Origin: an uncultured delta proteobacterium
Lineage (GTDB): Bacteria; Myxococcota; Myxococcia; Myxococcales; Anaeromyxobacteraceae
Assembly: GCA_963845515.1 (NCBI GenBank)
Contig: CAWJSR010000024.1
Span: 1-54,311, forward strand
DNA length: 54,311 bases
Direction of reading: 5' to 3'
In this document: positions 9,944 to 20,015 of the stretch, in pieces
Layout of the letters: each line of letters opens with the position of its first letter
How positions within the stretch are numbered: the stretch's first letter is position 1
Program-made: the position numbers and the translations under genes
The notes under the pieces: model-generated
The model's input: the letters and a program-made list of their open reading frames with translations, nothing else
Told to the model about the DNA's origin: nothing
The model's database searches: none

Positions 9944-10621
9944 TTACTTGCAGGTGGGCTGCTTGGTGGTGATGACGACCTTCTCGAGGCGCGTCTGGCC
10001 GGGTCCGGCCTTCGCGATCACGGCGACCTTGTCGCAGCCGCAGATCCCCTCGCCGAAGTGGACGTAGCCGCAGGTCCCGGAGGGCGCGTTGGCGCAGGCC
10101 CGGGGGTTGAGGTGCGCCGCCTCCGCCTCGGTGATGAAGAACTGCGAGCCGTTGGTGTTCGGGCCCGAGTTGGCCATCGCGAGCTGGCAAGCGGTCGAGA
10201 AGGGGGCGGCCGGCGGCTTCTCCAGCTCGTCGGCGAAGCGGTAGCCCGGGTCACCGGTCCCGAAGGGGCGGCCGGTGGCGCTCGCGGTCTGGCCAAGCTC
10301 GGCGCCGCGGGAGAGCGGGTCGCCACCCTGGATCATGAAGCCCGGGATCACCCGGTGGAACAGGGTGCCGTCGTACATCGGCCGCTTGTTCTGCATCGTC
10401 CCGCTCGCCGGGTCGGTCCAGGGCTTCTTGCCCATCACCAGCTCGACGAAGTTCTTCACCGCCGCGGGCGCCTTCTTCTCCAGCAGCCGGACGCCGATGG
10501 CGCCGCGGGAGGTCTGGAAGACGGCGTAGGTGTCGGCCGCGACGGCGGCGCCTGGCGCGGCGACGGCGGCCAGCCCGAACAGGGCGCCGGCCAGTAGACC
10601 CTTTAGATAGGTGTGGCTCAT
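9944..10621 (-). CDS. Cyclophilin-type peptidyl-prolyl isomerase with signal peptide
   Basis: Signal peptide; FHRVIPGFMIQGGDP, LAMANSGPNTNGSQFFIT; six Cys. Confidence 0.93.
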   Translation of the reverse strand: MSHTYLKGLLAGALFGLAAVAAPGAAVAADTYAVFQTSRGAIGVRLLEKKAPAAVKNFVELVMGKKPWTDPASGTMQNKRPMYDGTLFHRVIPGFMIQGGDPLSRGAELGQTASATGRPFGTGDPGYRFADELEKPPAAPFSTACQLAMANSGPNTNGSQFFITEAEAAHLNPRACANAPSGTCGYVHFGEGICGCDKVAVIAKAGPGQTRLEKVVITTKQPTCK

Positions 10622-10683
10622 ATCGGCGCGAATCTAGCCGCGCGGGGCTGCGCAAGCAAATGGCTTGGCGCGGGCGCCCTGCC

Positions 10684-11427
10684 CTACCCCCCTTGCGCCG
10701 CGAGCCGTTCCGTCAACGCCTTGAGGCAGAGGAGCGCTGCCGCCTGCTCCGCATCCTTCTTGGAGCGCCCCTCCGCGCGGGCGACCAGGTCCGGCGCGAC
10801 CTCCACCTCGACGAGGAAGACCTTGGCGTGGTCCGGTCCTCGCTCCTCCACGATCCGGTAGCTCGGCACCGCCTTCAGGCGGCTGTAGGCCAGCTCCTGG
10901 AGCTGGGTCTTGTAGTCGCGGTCGAGGGTCCCGGCGACCGCGCGCTCGAACGCCTCGCCCAGGAACCGGTCGACGAGCGTGAGCACCGCCGGCAGGCCGC
11001 CCGAGAGGAAGAGGACCGCGATCACCGCCTCCATCGCGTCGCAGAGGAGCGAGGACTTCTCCCTCCCCAGGGTCAGCACCTCGCCGCGTCCGAGCCGCAG
11101 GAGCGGCCCGAGGTCGAGCGCCCTCGCCATCTCGGAGAGCCCCTGCTCGTCCACGACCGCGGCGCGCATCTTGGAGAGCTCGCCTTCGCGTGCGTCGGGG
11201 AAGCGCTCCATCAGCCGCTGCGAGACGGCCAGGTCGACGACGGCGTCCCCCAGGAACTCGAGCCGTTCGTTGTGGGACACCCCCTCGTCGCGGTGCTCGT
11301 TCACCCAGCTCTTGTGGGTGAGCGCGGTGAGGGCGAGCGCCCGGTCGGGGAAGGTGACGCCGAGCCTCGCCTCCAGGGCAGCTACCTTGTCCGACGCGGC
11401 GGCGCCGCTGTTGCTCTCGTCCGCCAT
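10684..11427 (-). CDS. rnc: Ribonuclease III
   Basis: NERLEFLGDAVV signature and dsRBD (DYKTQLQE...GPDHAKVF...GRSKKDAEQAAA). Confidence 0.97.
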   Translation of the reverse strand: MADESNSGAAASDKVAALEARLGVTFPDRALALTALTHKSWVNEHRDEGVSHNERLEFLGDAVVDLAVSQRLMERFPDAREGELSKMRAAVVDEQGLSEMARALDLGPLLRLGRGEVLTLGREKSSLLCDAMEAVIAVLFLSGGLPAVLTLVDRFLGEAFERAVAGTLDRDYKTQLQELAYSRLKAVPSYRIVEERGPDHAKVFLVEVEVAPDLVARAEGRSKKDAEQAAALLCLKALTERLAAQGG

Positions 11428-12455
11428 TATGGTGACCTCGCTCGGAGCCGGCCGGCCAGGTCGTCCGCGAGCGCGTAGGGGTCGGCCTCGCGGCGCGCTA
11501 TCCGCCCGGCGACCTCGTCGAGCTGCCCCGTCTCCTCCTCGAGCTGCTCGAGGGCCCCGGCGAGGAGCCGATCCCGCAGCAGCATCAGGAAGCCGGCGCG
11601 CGCACGGGCCACCTCGCGCCTGTGGCGCGCTCCGCCCTTCTCGAGATGGGCCCTGTGGCTCGCGATGGCGGCGACGAGCTCAGCGACCCCTTCGCCCTTG
11701 ACCGCCACGGTGAGGACGATCGGCGGGTACCACGCGAGGTCCTCCACCGGGCGGGCGACCGCGTCACCCGGCGCGTGCCAGGCGCCGCCGGCCGGCGAAA
11801 CGTGCCCGACGGCGTGCCGCACCTCCAGCATCGCCTGGAGGTCACGGGCCGTCCGGTCGGCCCCGTCCCGGTCCGCCTTGTTCACCGCGAAGACGTCGGC
11901 GATCTCGAGGATGCCGGCCTTGATGGCCTGGACGTCGTCGCCCAGCCCCGGGACGGTCACGACCACGGCGGTGTGGACCAGCTCCGCCACCTCGACCTCG
12001 TCCTGCCCGACGCCGACCGTCTCGACGATGATGACGTCCTTGCCCATCGCGTCCATCACCTGGACCACGGCCGCCGTCGAGCGGGAGAGCCCTCCGAGGT
12101 GACCGCGGGTCCCGAGCGAGCGGATGAAGACGCCGGGGTCGGTGGCGTGATCCTGCATCCGGATCCTGTCGCCGAGGATGGCGCCGCCGGTGAAGGGGCT
12201 CGTGGGGTCGATGGCCACCACGCCGACCGTCTTCCCCGCCGACCGGTAGTGCCGGATCAGCCGGTCGGTGAGGGAGGACTTGCCCGCGCCAGTGGCGCCG
12301 GTCAACCCGATCACGTAGGCGCGGCCGGTGCTCGGGAAGATGGCGCGGAGGGTCTTCTCTGCCTCGGGCAGCCGATCGTCGAGGTCGTGCATCAGCCGCG
12401 CCGCCGACCGGACGTCCCCGGAGAGGACGCGCTGCACCAGCGAGGGGGTCGCCAT
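11427..12455 (-). CDS. meaB: Methylmalonyl-CoA mutase-associated GTPase MeaB/ArgK
   Basis: GLTGATGAGKSS, AIDPTSPFTGGAILGDRIRM, ETVGVGQDE, NKAD. Confidence 0.95.
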   Translation of the reverse strand: MATPSLVQRVLSGDVRSAARLMHDLDDRLPEAEKTLRAIFPSTGRAYVIGLTGATGAGKSSLTDRLIRHYRSAGKTVGVVAIDPTSPFTGGAILGDRIRMQDHATDPGVFIRSLGTRGHLGGLSRSTAAVVQVMDAMGKDVIIVETVGVGQDEVEVAELVHTAVVVTVPGLGDDVQAIKAGILEIADVFAVNKADRDGADRTARDLQAMLEVRHAVGHVSPAGGAWHAPGDAVARPVEDLAWYPPIVLTVAVKGEGVAELVAAIASHRAHLEKGGARHRREVARARAGFLMLLRDRLLAGALEQLEEETGQLDEVAGRIARREADPYALADDLAGRLRARSP

Positions 12456-13783
12456 CAGTAAGTCGTCGCCTCGGGGACGAAGTTCGCGACGAGGATGGCC
12501 GCGGCCATCTTGCGCGGCGCGCCCATCGCCTGCCGCTGGCGGTCGAGCTGTCGGTAGAGGACGCTCCCCTCCGCCACCTGATCGATCTGCACGAGGAGCC
12601 GCCAGCCGCCCTTCTCCTGCGAGAAGACGGCCTCGAAGTCGGGGCGCTTGAGGACCCGGGCCGCGCCGTATGGGCGGCCGTCCATGTCCACGACGACGTA
12701 GCGGACCTCGTCGTCGCCGGCGTCCTCGATGAGGACGTTCATGACCCAGATCTCGCCGGTCCTCGGCAGGAGGTGGTGCGGCACCTCGACGGGGCCGCCG
12801 GCGACCTCGCCGCTGAAGTCCTGCGCGACGTCCACGGATGAGAGGCTCGCGCTCGCGCCGAGCGCGGCGGCGACGACCTTGCGCGTCCCCGGAAAGTCGG
12901 CCAGCTCGAACTTCTCGGACCAGACGTCGCCGCTCGGGCCGATGAGCCGTCCCTTGAAGCGCGTCCCCATCTCGCGGGTCGCGACGAACCGGTAGCGCGT
13001 GCTGCCGAACTCGAACTCCTGGATCAGCTCGATCATCGCGTTGGGGGCGAGGATCGAGTCGGGGCCGAAGACCTGCGAGAGGGCAGCGAGCGTGAGGGCC
13101 GTGCGCGGGACCGCGGTCGCGACGAGCCCGGCCGTGGCGGCCGGCTCGACGCGCGGCGCGTTCTGCGACGGCACCGGCCCCTCCGGCCGCATCTGGTTGA
13201 CGTTGCCGACGAGGTACATCTCGAGGTCGGTCGCCGTCGGGAAGCTGTTGAGGACGAGCGGAGGGAACTCGCTCGCGACCTCGTAAGGCGTCCCGCCCAC
13301 CGGCGCGACCCGGGTGACGCGGATCGCCTCGGACGTCCCGATGATCTCGAAGGCGTGGGTCGCCGTCTTGAGCACCGCCCGGGCCGCCAGCCGCTCGGGA
13401 TCGATCTGTGCGTCGATGTTCGAGAGCCGCATCCGGAGGGTCACGTCCTGCAGGGCGGCGGCGCGCTGCTGGAGCCCCTGGGCCACGAGCTGCTCGATCC
13501 CTGAGACCTTCTCGTGGGCGTAGAAGTTCACCGGCCCGAGGGTCGAGAGCGGCGCGTCGAGGAAGCGCAGGGTGTCGTGGCCGGTGACCACGAAGCGCGC
13601 CTTCTGGATGGGCTGGCCGGTCGCCGGGTGGACGACGCGCCCGAAGGTCAGCTCCCCCTCGAGCGACTCGCGGTCGGCGCCGAAGCGGACCTGGACGCCG
13701 AGCGCGGTGAGCTTCCGAGAGGCGATCTGGTTCAGCCGCTCGCGGGGGATCTTCCCGATTATGGTGTGTTCGCCTTCGGACAT
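12455..13783 (-). CDS. Hypothetical protein (442 aa), translationally coupled to meaB
   Basis: Long ORF with host-like codon usage; its stop overlaps the meaB start; no recognised motif. Confidence 0.75.
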   Translation of the reverse strand: MSEGEHTIIGKIPRERLNQIASRKLTALGVQVRFGADRESLEGELTFGRVVHPATGQPIQKARFVVTGHDTLRFLDAPLSTLGPVNFYAHEKVSGIEQLVAQGLQQRAAALQDVTLRMRLSNIDAQIDPERLAARAVLKTATHAFEIIGTSEAIRVTRVAPVGGTPYEVASEFPPLVLNSFPTATDLEMYLVGNVNQMRPEGPVPSQNAPRVEPAATAGLVATAVPRTALTLAALSQVFGPDSILAPNAMIELIQEFEFGSTRYRFVATREMGTRFKGRLIGPSGDVWSEKFELADFPGTRKVVAAALGASASLSSVDVAQDFSGEVAGGPVEVPHHLLPRTGEIWVMNVLIEDAGDDEVRYVVVDMDGRPYGAARVLKRPDFEAVFSQEKGGWRLLVQIDQVAEGSVLYRQLDRQRQAMGAPRKMAAAILVANFVPEATTY

Positions 13784-13857
13784 GGACCTGTACCTGGCGG
13801 CACGTGCCGCCGGGAGAGCCTACCGCAGAACCGGGCGAGGCCGTCGAGGAGCTGACG

Positions 13858-14280
13858 CTAGGCCGCGGCAGCGCGCGGCTTTATGTGGCCGCGGATCCAG
13901 TCGATGGCCGTCTGGGTCGGCGTCCCCGGGAGGAAGACCTCGGCGATCCCCTTCGCCTTGAGGCCGGGGATGTCGTCGTTCGGGATGATGCCACCGCCGA
14001 AGACGACGATGTCGTCCGCCCCGTTCGCCCTCAGGAGCTCGACGACCTCGGGCAGGAGCGTGTTGTGCGCCCCCGACATGATCGAGATCCCGACGCCGTC
14101 GACGTCCTCCTGGATGGCGGCCGCGACGATCATCTCTGGGGTCTGGTGGAGCCCCGTGTAGATGACCTCGAAGCCGGCGTCGCGCAGCGCGCGCGCCACG
14201 ATCTTGGCGCCGCGGTCGTGACCGTCGAGGCCGGGCTTCGCGATGAGGATCCGGAGGGGGCGTTCCCTCGTAGGCGTCAT
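13858..14280 (-). CDS. Cobalamin-binding subunit of an acyl-CoA mutase (C-terminal domain protein)
   Basis: [35 protein letters not shown] (DxHxxG motif). Confidence 0.95.
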   Translation of the reverse strand: MTPTRERPLRILIAKPGLDGHDRGAKIVARALRDAGFEVIYTGLHQTPEMIVAAAIQEDVDGVGISIMSGAHNTLLPEVVELLRANGADDIVVFGGGIIPNDDIPGLKAKGIAEVFLPGTPTQTAIDWIRGHIKPRAAAA

Positions 14281-15056
14281 CTCGTTCTCTCCAGCACCGC
14301 GATGAGATCCGGCGCCTCGCTGCCGAGCTCGGCGCCCGGTGCCGCGCCGGCGAACGTCGTCGCCGTCACCTGGATCAATCGTAGCCCGGCCGCGGCGGCT
14401 AGCGGACCCCACTCGGATGGGTCGTAGTAGCGCAGCTCCGCCGTGCCCTTCAGCTCCGTACCGTCCGGCCGAACGAGCCGCCGGGCGCACCGGTCCACCC
14501 CCGCGGCCCCATCCCAGCGCGACTCCTCCTCTATGACGCTCCCGTCGGCGAGCACGCGGCGCGAGAAGTCCACGGGGCTCTTCGCGAGCGCGAGCGGGTT
14601 GGCATGGTGGACGACGAGCTTCCCCCCGCCCCGCACCACCCGCCCCATCTCCGCGAGGCAGCGAACGTTCAAGGCGTCGTCGAACATGAAGAGCGACGAG
14701 TACCAGGAGAAGGCCGCGTCGACTGCACCGTCGCGGAGCGGGAGGTGGCGGACGTCTCCGCGGACCCAGCCCGGCCCGGCCACTCCTGACCCTGGGCAGC
14801 CCGGGAGGGCCGCCGCAGCGGCCCGGGAGATATAAGGAGCGCTCCGCTCGACGCCGACGACCCGCGCCCCCATCGCCGCCAGCGGCCACGCATGGCGCCC
14901 ATGGCCGCAGGCGACGTCCAGCACGCGGTCACCCGGCCGAAGGCGCAGGAGCCGCTGGATCACGCCGGCCTCCGCCGCCGACAGTGCCGGCGTCAGCAGG
15001 TCGGCAGCGGAGTCGAAGTAGAGGTCGCCGTAGTAGGCGTCGGTCCAGTGGGGCAC
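14277..15056 (-). CDS. Class I SAM-dependent methyltransferase
   Basis: [11 protein letters not shown] motif I, GDVRHLP; start uncertain (GTG 15056 or ATG 15107). Confidence 0.88.
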   Translation of the reverse strand: MPHWTDAYYGDLYFDSAADLLTPALSAAEAGVIQRLLRLRPGDRVLDVACGHGRHAWPLAAMGARVVGVERSAPYISRAAAAALPGCPGSGVAGPGWVRGDVRHLPLRDGAVDAAFSWYSSLFMFDDALNVRCLAEMGRVVRGGGKLVVHHANPLALAKSPVDFSRRVLADGSVIEEESRWDGAAGVDRCARRLVRPDGTELKGTAELRYYDPSEWGPLAAAAGLRLIQVTATTFAGAAPGAELGSEAPDLIAVLERTR

Positions 15057-15236
15057 TCGGTCTCCGACTACGAGCCCTTCTACAAACGACTCTGCCACAT
15101 CCGCCACACGGAGCGTGGGAGGAGCGGCGTCTCGCCCTCACCGCTCCGCCATTTCGGAGGTGACATCCGACCACCCTTTCGACCGATAATGCGCGCCTCG
15201 TCGCCTTCGCCACCTCCCAGGGAAAGGAAGCACCGC

Positions 15237-16337
15237 ATGGCACTCATCGACTTCGGCGGTACCAAGGAGCAGGTCGTCACTCGCAAGGAGTTCCCGATGG
15301 CGAGGGCCCGCAAGGTCCTCAAGAAGGAGGTCATCGCGATCATCGGGTATGGCGTCCAGGGGCCCGCCCAGTCCCTGAACCTCCGCGACAACGGCTTCAA
15401 CGTGATCATCGGCCAGTCGCCGGAGTTCAAGCGCGACTGGGACCGCGCGGTCGCCGACGGGTGGAAGCCGGGCAAGACGCTCTTCCCCATCGCCGAGGCC
15501 GTCCAGAAGGCGACGGTCATCCAGGTGCTCCTGAACGACGCGGCCCAGCGCGCCGTCTGGCCGCTGATCAAGGCGAACCTCAAGGCCGGCGACGCGCTCT
15601 ACTTCTCGCACGGCTTCTCGATCACCTACCGCAAGAAGACCGGCGTCGTCCCGCCCAAGGACGTCGACGTGATCATGGTCGCGCCCAAGGGCTCCGGCCT
15701 GAACGTCCGGCGCAACTTCCTCTCCGGCGCCGGCATCAACTCCAGCTACGCCGTCGAGCAGGACGCCACCGGCCGCGCCGAGGAGCGCTGCCTGGCGCTC
15801 GGCATCGGCATCGGCTCCGGCTACCTGTTCCCGACCACCTTCCCGAACGAGACCAACAGCGACCTGACCGGGGAGCGCGGCGTGCTCATGGGCGCGCTGG
15901 CCGGCATCATGGAGGCGCAGTACGACGTGCTCCGCTCCAACGGCCACAGCCCGAGCGAGGCGTTCAACGAGACCGTCGAGGAGCTGACCCAGTCGCTCAT
16001 CCGCCTCGTGGACGAGAACGGCATGGACTGGATGTACCAGAACTGCTCGGCCACCGCGCAGCGTGGCGCGCTGGACTGGAAGCCGCGCTTCAAGAAGGCC
16101 GTGCTGCCGACCTTCAAGGCGCTCTACAAGCGCGTCTCCTCCGGCGCGGAGGCCGCGCGCGTGATCGAGAGCTGCGGCGGCAAGGACTACCAGGTGCAGC
16201 TCGGCAAGGAGCTGGCCGCGATCCGGAACTCCGAGATGTGGGCCGCCGGCGCCGCGGTGCGCTCGCTGCGCCCCAAGGAGGGCGCCAAGGCCATCGTCAA
16301 GGGCGCGAAGGGCGTCTCCGGCCGCCAGTCGAACTGA
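15237..16337 (+). CDS. ilvC: Ketol-acid reductoisomerase (Bacteroidota/fungal Ilv5-like type)
   Basis: IAIIGYGVQGPAQSLNLRDNG, YFSHGFS, MVAPKGSG, SDLTGERGVLMG, EAFNETVEE; RBS GGAAAGGAAG. Confidence 0.96.
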   Translation: MALIDFGGTKEQVVTRKEFPMARARKVLKKEVIAIIGYGVQGPAQSLNLRDNGFNVIIGQSPEFKRDWDRAVADGWKPGKTLFPIAEAVQKATVIQVLLNDAAQRAVWPLIKANLKAGDALYFSHGFSITYRKKTGVVPPKDVDVIMVAPKGSGLNVRRNFLSGAGINSSYAVEQDATGRAEERCLALGIGIGSGYLFPTTFPNETNSDLTGERGVLMGALAGIMEAQYDVLRSNGHSPSEAFNETVEELTQSLIRLVDENGMDWMYQNCSATAQRGALDWKPRFKKAVLPTFKALYKRVSSGAEAARVIESCGGKDYQVQLGKELAAIRNSEMWAAGAAVRSLRPKEGAKAIVKGAKGVSGRQSN

Positions 16338-16357
16338 GCGGATTCCGCTCCGAACGC

Positions 16358-16390
16358 GAGGGGGGGAGCGCCGAGTCCGGTGCTCCCCTC
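16358..16390 (+). terminator. Hairpin after ilvC
   Basis: GGGGAGCGCCG-AGTC-CGGTGCTCCCC stem-loop. Confidence 0.6.
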
Positions 16391-16431
16391 TGTGCGTCGA
16401 CCGGTCCCCTCGTCCCACGTAGGCTCACGCC

Positions 16432-17801
16432 ATGGTGCCCGTTCGAAAGAAGCTCCTCGGTGTCGGCCTGCTTGGGCTGATGCTGCTTCCTCGCCTGGCG
16501 GGAGCCGATTGTCGACCGCCGGACCCACCGGGCGTCTGGCGGAGCTTCCCTGGCGGGCCCAAAGGGAGAAAGCACGTCGAACAGTGGATCGGCGACCGCT
16601 TTCTCGCCATGACGACGAGTGAAGGCGCCGTCCTCGAGGGGAGCATCTTCGATCCGTGCACCGGGAGTTGGACCCCAATCGAAGGTATTCCCCGGGTGCC
16701 CGGGGTACGCCTCCCGGCTCCGGTCTTCACGGGAAGCGAGCTTCTCTTCTTCGGCGGTTGGCCGGACAGGGGGGTAGACGATGCTCGGGCCCAGGCCTCC
16801 TATGCTTGGCGCTACCACCTGAAGGAACGGCGATGGCGGCCGATGAGCCGAACGAACGCGCCGGCGGTTCGCCCCGGAATCGGACGTGCTGACATCCCAG
16901 CGGCGGACTGGGGGGACGGCCCGCTCACGCCGGTCAGCCTCGGCGAGCGCTGGTTGGGTTCGACGCTCCTGGTCGGGACCCGCCTGTGATGGCCACGTAC
17001 GATCCCAGCACGGATTCCTGGACGAGCGGGTCGTCCGAGGGTGCACCTGCAACTCCGGCGGTGATGGGGCCCGCGCGCGAAGGAACGATCTTCTTCCTAC
17101 CCTGGCTCGACTCGCGCCAGGCTCTGCCACCCGCGGAGCAGGTCGCAACCGGTTTTCGGCTCTATGACGGTCGACGGAACGTCTGGCAGGCGATCTCGTC
17201 TGCGGACCGCCGCGCGATTCCCCCCTGGCGCCTGGGATTCTGGGATGGCGCCGAGTTGACGGTCTTCCCCCGCGACTATGCCCCGGGCACGCAGCCGGTC
17301 CCTCTCGCCTGGAGCGCGGCAGCTGATCGCTGGAGAACGCTACCCGCCTGGCGCGGGGCGGATACGATCGTGCGGGCCGGCGGCAAGTTTGCGATCGGGG
17401 TACAGGGCCTGGGCCACGTTCACGACAGCATGAGCGCGTTGATTCTCGATCGCGGAGCATGGCGGGTTCACTCGATTCCGCTGGTCGACGCCACGCAGGC
17501 CCAATGGATCCCCGCCCCGGATGCCGTGATGTTCCTCATGGGAACGGGGGACTTTGGTGGCCGGAACCTCCTCTACCGCTTTCTCATCAGCAAGAATCGA
17601 TGGGAGCGCGCCGAGCTGCCGAAGGACCGGGAAGTCAAGGGTCAGGCCCTGACGTGGCATGACGGCAAGCTCTGGCAGTACCTCCAGAACGCCAAGATGC
17701 TGCCCGGCGCTTCGCCCTCCCGACCGAGCCAGGTGACCTTTCTCGGAAGCGACATGTGGGTCGTCACTCCGGTCTGGAAATCTCGGGCGGCATGGAAGTA
17801 G
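16432..17801 (+). CDS. Secreted Kelch-like beta-propeller protein, split into 16432-16989 and 16986-17801 (probable frameshift near 16975)
   Basis: Signal peptide; Kelch-like IFDPCTGSWTPI, FTGSELLFFGG, YDPSTDSWT, YDGRRNVWQAIS; one added base joins STLLV to DPPVMATYDP. Confidence 0.6.
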
Positions 17802-17860
17802 CTCGCGCTAGCGCCCCGCCCGAGAGGACCGTTCCGCGAACCGTGGCTCGTGGTCCGGCC

Positions 17861-17876
17861 AGGCACACCACCTGCT
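17861..17876 (+). promoter_or_regulatory. Possible sigma54 -24/-12 element
   Basis: AGGCAC-ACCAC-CTGCT, with GG-N10-GC spacing, just upstream of the transposase remnant. Confidence 0.35.
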
Positions 17877-17877
17877 C

Positions 17878-18066
17878 ATGCCTGGCGGCGTGACTCCCGT
17901 CCGACAAATCCTCAGGGGACCCACTCACCTCGTCACGCGCCGCTGCTCGGAGCATCGCTTCTTCCTCGCCGGCCGCAACAAGTGTAAGCGCATCGACGCG
18001 CTGCAGAGGCTCGTGGAGTTCAGGGACGCCCGCTGGCGGATCGGAAGGGTCATTTCGGCCCATTAG
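17878..18066 (+). mobile_element. Internally deleted Y1/HUH (IS200-like/RAYT) transposase remnant
   Basis: VTPVRQILRGPTHLVTRRCSEHRFFL resembles the N-terminus and AGRNKCKRIDALQRLVEF the C-terminus of myxobacterial Y1 transposases (recalled); the catalytic core is missing. Confidence 0.6.
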
Positions 18067-18118
18067 GCCTGTTTGTCTCATCCCTGCGTGCATCGCTGGG
18101 CTTCTCGGCACCCGGAAG

Positions 18119-18616
18119 TCACTTTCCGTCAAAGGTTCCCTTCGGGCGGGGCCTTGGGGCCGGCGTCTCACTACGGGTCGTCGATTCCTCTCGCGTGAGG
18201 CCCTGCACGTATAGAAGCCGGACCCCGTCCCACTTCGCCGGGGCGAGATGACCGTCGAACGCCCAATAGACGTCTCTGCGAACCGCGGCCTCGGGCTCGA
18301 CAAGGATCGAAGGTAGAAAATAGGCGACGCTATCGACCTCGGCCCCGCTGCTGAGACTTTCGCCGAAGGACAGGCGCAGCGCATTCATATCGAGCGTCTT
18401 CGCCACTGGTCCGACGTTTTTGATCGACAGATTCCCATACACAAAGGTCATCTCGACTCCGGCGACGCGCTTGTGTTCGTACCGGACGAGTTGCGCAGAT
18501 GCTCGAAACGCCCCCGCCGTCAGGTCCATCGCCTTGACGAGACGCACAGTTTGGCACGACGCAAGGGTCGCCAGCACTACGGGTACGGCTGCGATCACAC
18601 CTATGCGCGGCGTCAT
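18119..18616 (-). CDS. Hypothetical lipoprotein
   Basis: Hydrophobic leader with lipobox LASC; lower-GC codon usage. Confidence 0.6.
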   Translation of the reverse strand: MTPRIGVIAAVPVVLATLASCQTVRLVKAMDLTAGAFRASAQLVRYEHKRVAGVEMTFVYGNLSIKNVGPVAKTLDMNALRLSFGESLSSGAEVDSVAYFLPSILVEPEAAVRRDVYWAFDGHLAPAKWDGVRLLYVQGLTREESTTRSETPAPRPRPKGTFDGK

Positions 18617-19391
18617 TGCCCCTGATCTCCTCTCCCGCGTGGCCGCACCCGGTCAGTGCTGTCCTGGGACTACGCTCGGTCGGGGCTCTCGTCTTCTCCG
18701 CTCGGAAATAGACCATGCCGTTGCAAGGGACCAGAACTTCCCCCAATGCCGTCTTGTAGCCTCTCGGCCAGTCCTTCCTCTTTACTCTACTGAAGACGAT
18801 CCCCTCATAGTCTTCGATTTCTAGCGCATAACCAATCCGCTGAAATATCTCCTTGTACTCCCGGAAGGCATCTGCTTCCTCAAAGAGGTACCTCTCATCG
18901 AGGCGTTTGCCTTGTCTCGAGATGAGGCGAGGATTCTGGCGCACGAATTCGGGATCAGACAGTCTATCGAGTGTCGTCTGCAGGAGACGCTTCCGGATTT
19001 CGCCCTCGCGCATTTCCCCGACTGGCCCAGGGCCGACCCGCCGCAAGTCCGTTAGTCGCCCTTCATCTTTTGCCCTCTCCAAGAGCAACAGTATTCCCTC
19101 AAGCGTTTCGTTGTAGGAAAGCACTGGGCACGTGGTCAGTCCGACGCGAGCCACCTCTTGGCCCTCATTAAGCCTTCCAATCGTTACCGATAGCTCGCAG
19201 TCGCCTCTCTTCAGCGAATACTCGACCTCATTATCTCTAGGGTATTTCTTCGCTACTTCGCCCCATCCCTTTCCCTCACTCGACATTGCGGCAGCAGAAG
19301 TCTGGTCGGAACGCGACGCGCTGTCGCACCCCGCGAGCAAAGGGGAAAGGCCGAGCAGCAAGGCTTGCGCCAATACTCTAACCCCTCGCAT
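18330..19391 (-). CDS. Hypothetical lipoprotein (true 3' end probably near 18670-18700)
   Basis: Lipobox LLAGC; low-GC globular part to YFRAEK; the tail overlaps the next gene by 287 nt and looks out of frame. Confidence 0.6.
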   Translation of the reverse strand: MRGVRVLAQALLLGLSPLLAGCDSASRSDQTSAAAMSSEGKGWGEVAKKYPRDNEVEYSLKRGDCELSVTIGRLNEGQEVARVGLTTCPVLSYNETLEGILLLLERAKDEGRLTDLRRVGPGPVGEMREGEIRKRLLQTTLDRLSDPEFVRQNPRLISRQGKRLDERYLFEEADAFREYKEIFQRIGYALEIEDYEGIVFSRVKRKDWPRGYKTALGEVLVPCNGMVYFRAEKTRAPTERSPRTALTGCGHAGEEIRGNDAAHRCDRSRTRSAGDPCVVPNCASRQGDGPDGGGVSSICATRPVRTQARRRSRDDLCVWESVDQKRRTSGEDARYECAAPVLRRKSQQRGRGR

Positions 19392-19424
19392 TCAGGGCCT
19401 CCAATCCGAGACCACCTTCCGTTC

Positions 19425-20015
19425 TCATCTCCTGGACTTCCCTCGGTCAGGGCCTTCTCTCTCGGCGGGAAGTCTGGGCTTACGGATCGGCACTGGCGCG
19501 TGGTCGCGGTTCTTCATGGCCATCGCGACTAGAGCATCGAAGCCGAGAACCTCAGTCTCGCAGATGCGCCAGGGCAACGCCGCACGAATCCGACTCGTTC
19601 TATCCTCTCGATATTCGGTGGGTGACTCAAACTCGAAGACCAAATCCTTGGCGGCGTAAGTCTCGATGCGAAATTCTGGCCGAACCGGACTCGAGGCAAG
19701 TGCGACCAAGTACCGTTGACCTACCGCCATCCCAACCGCCATATCGCGCTCGTCGTAGCCACCGCGAGCTCGATACGACACTTCAACTCGGCCGTGCTTA
19801 CATGCCTCTCCCACAAGACAGCACTCCACCTCAAGCGATGCCCTTGCGTCCGTACCATCGCCCCTAGCCACCTCTCGTGCCTCTAAGACTCGCGCCACAA
19901 ACACGACCCGACGACTAGCTACGACCTGCTCCAGCGTCGGGCAGGGGGGATCATATGCATGGGCAGACGCAACCACGCCGATTCCCACGACCAGGACCAC
20001 CTTATGAAGCGTCAT
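19425..20015 (-). CDS. Hypothetical secreted protein
   Basis: Signal peptide ending AHA; PTLEQVVASRRVVFVARV resembles TIMP/OB-like secreted domains; low GC. Confidence 0.65.
   Translation of the reverse strand: MTLHKVVLVVGIGVVASAHAYDPPCPTLEQVVASRRVVFVARVLEAREVARGDGTDARASLEVECCLVGEACKHGRVEVSYRARGGYDERDMAVGMAVGQRYLVALASSPVRPEFRIETYAAKDLVFEFESPTEYREDRTSRIRAALPWRICETEVLGFDALVAMAMKNRDHAPVPIRKPRLPAEREGPDRGKSRR

Noticed and set aside
16987..16989. Selenocysteine readthrough at the Kelch-gene UGA
   Set aside because: The protein continues in a different frame; the same frame stops again shortly and looks non-coding
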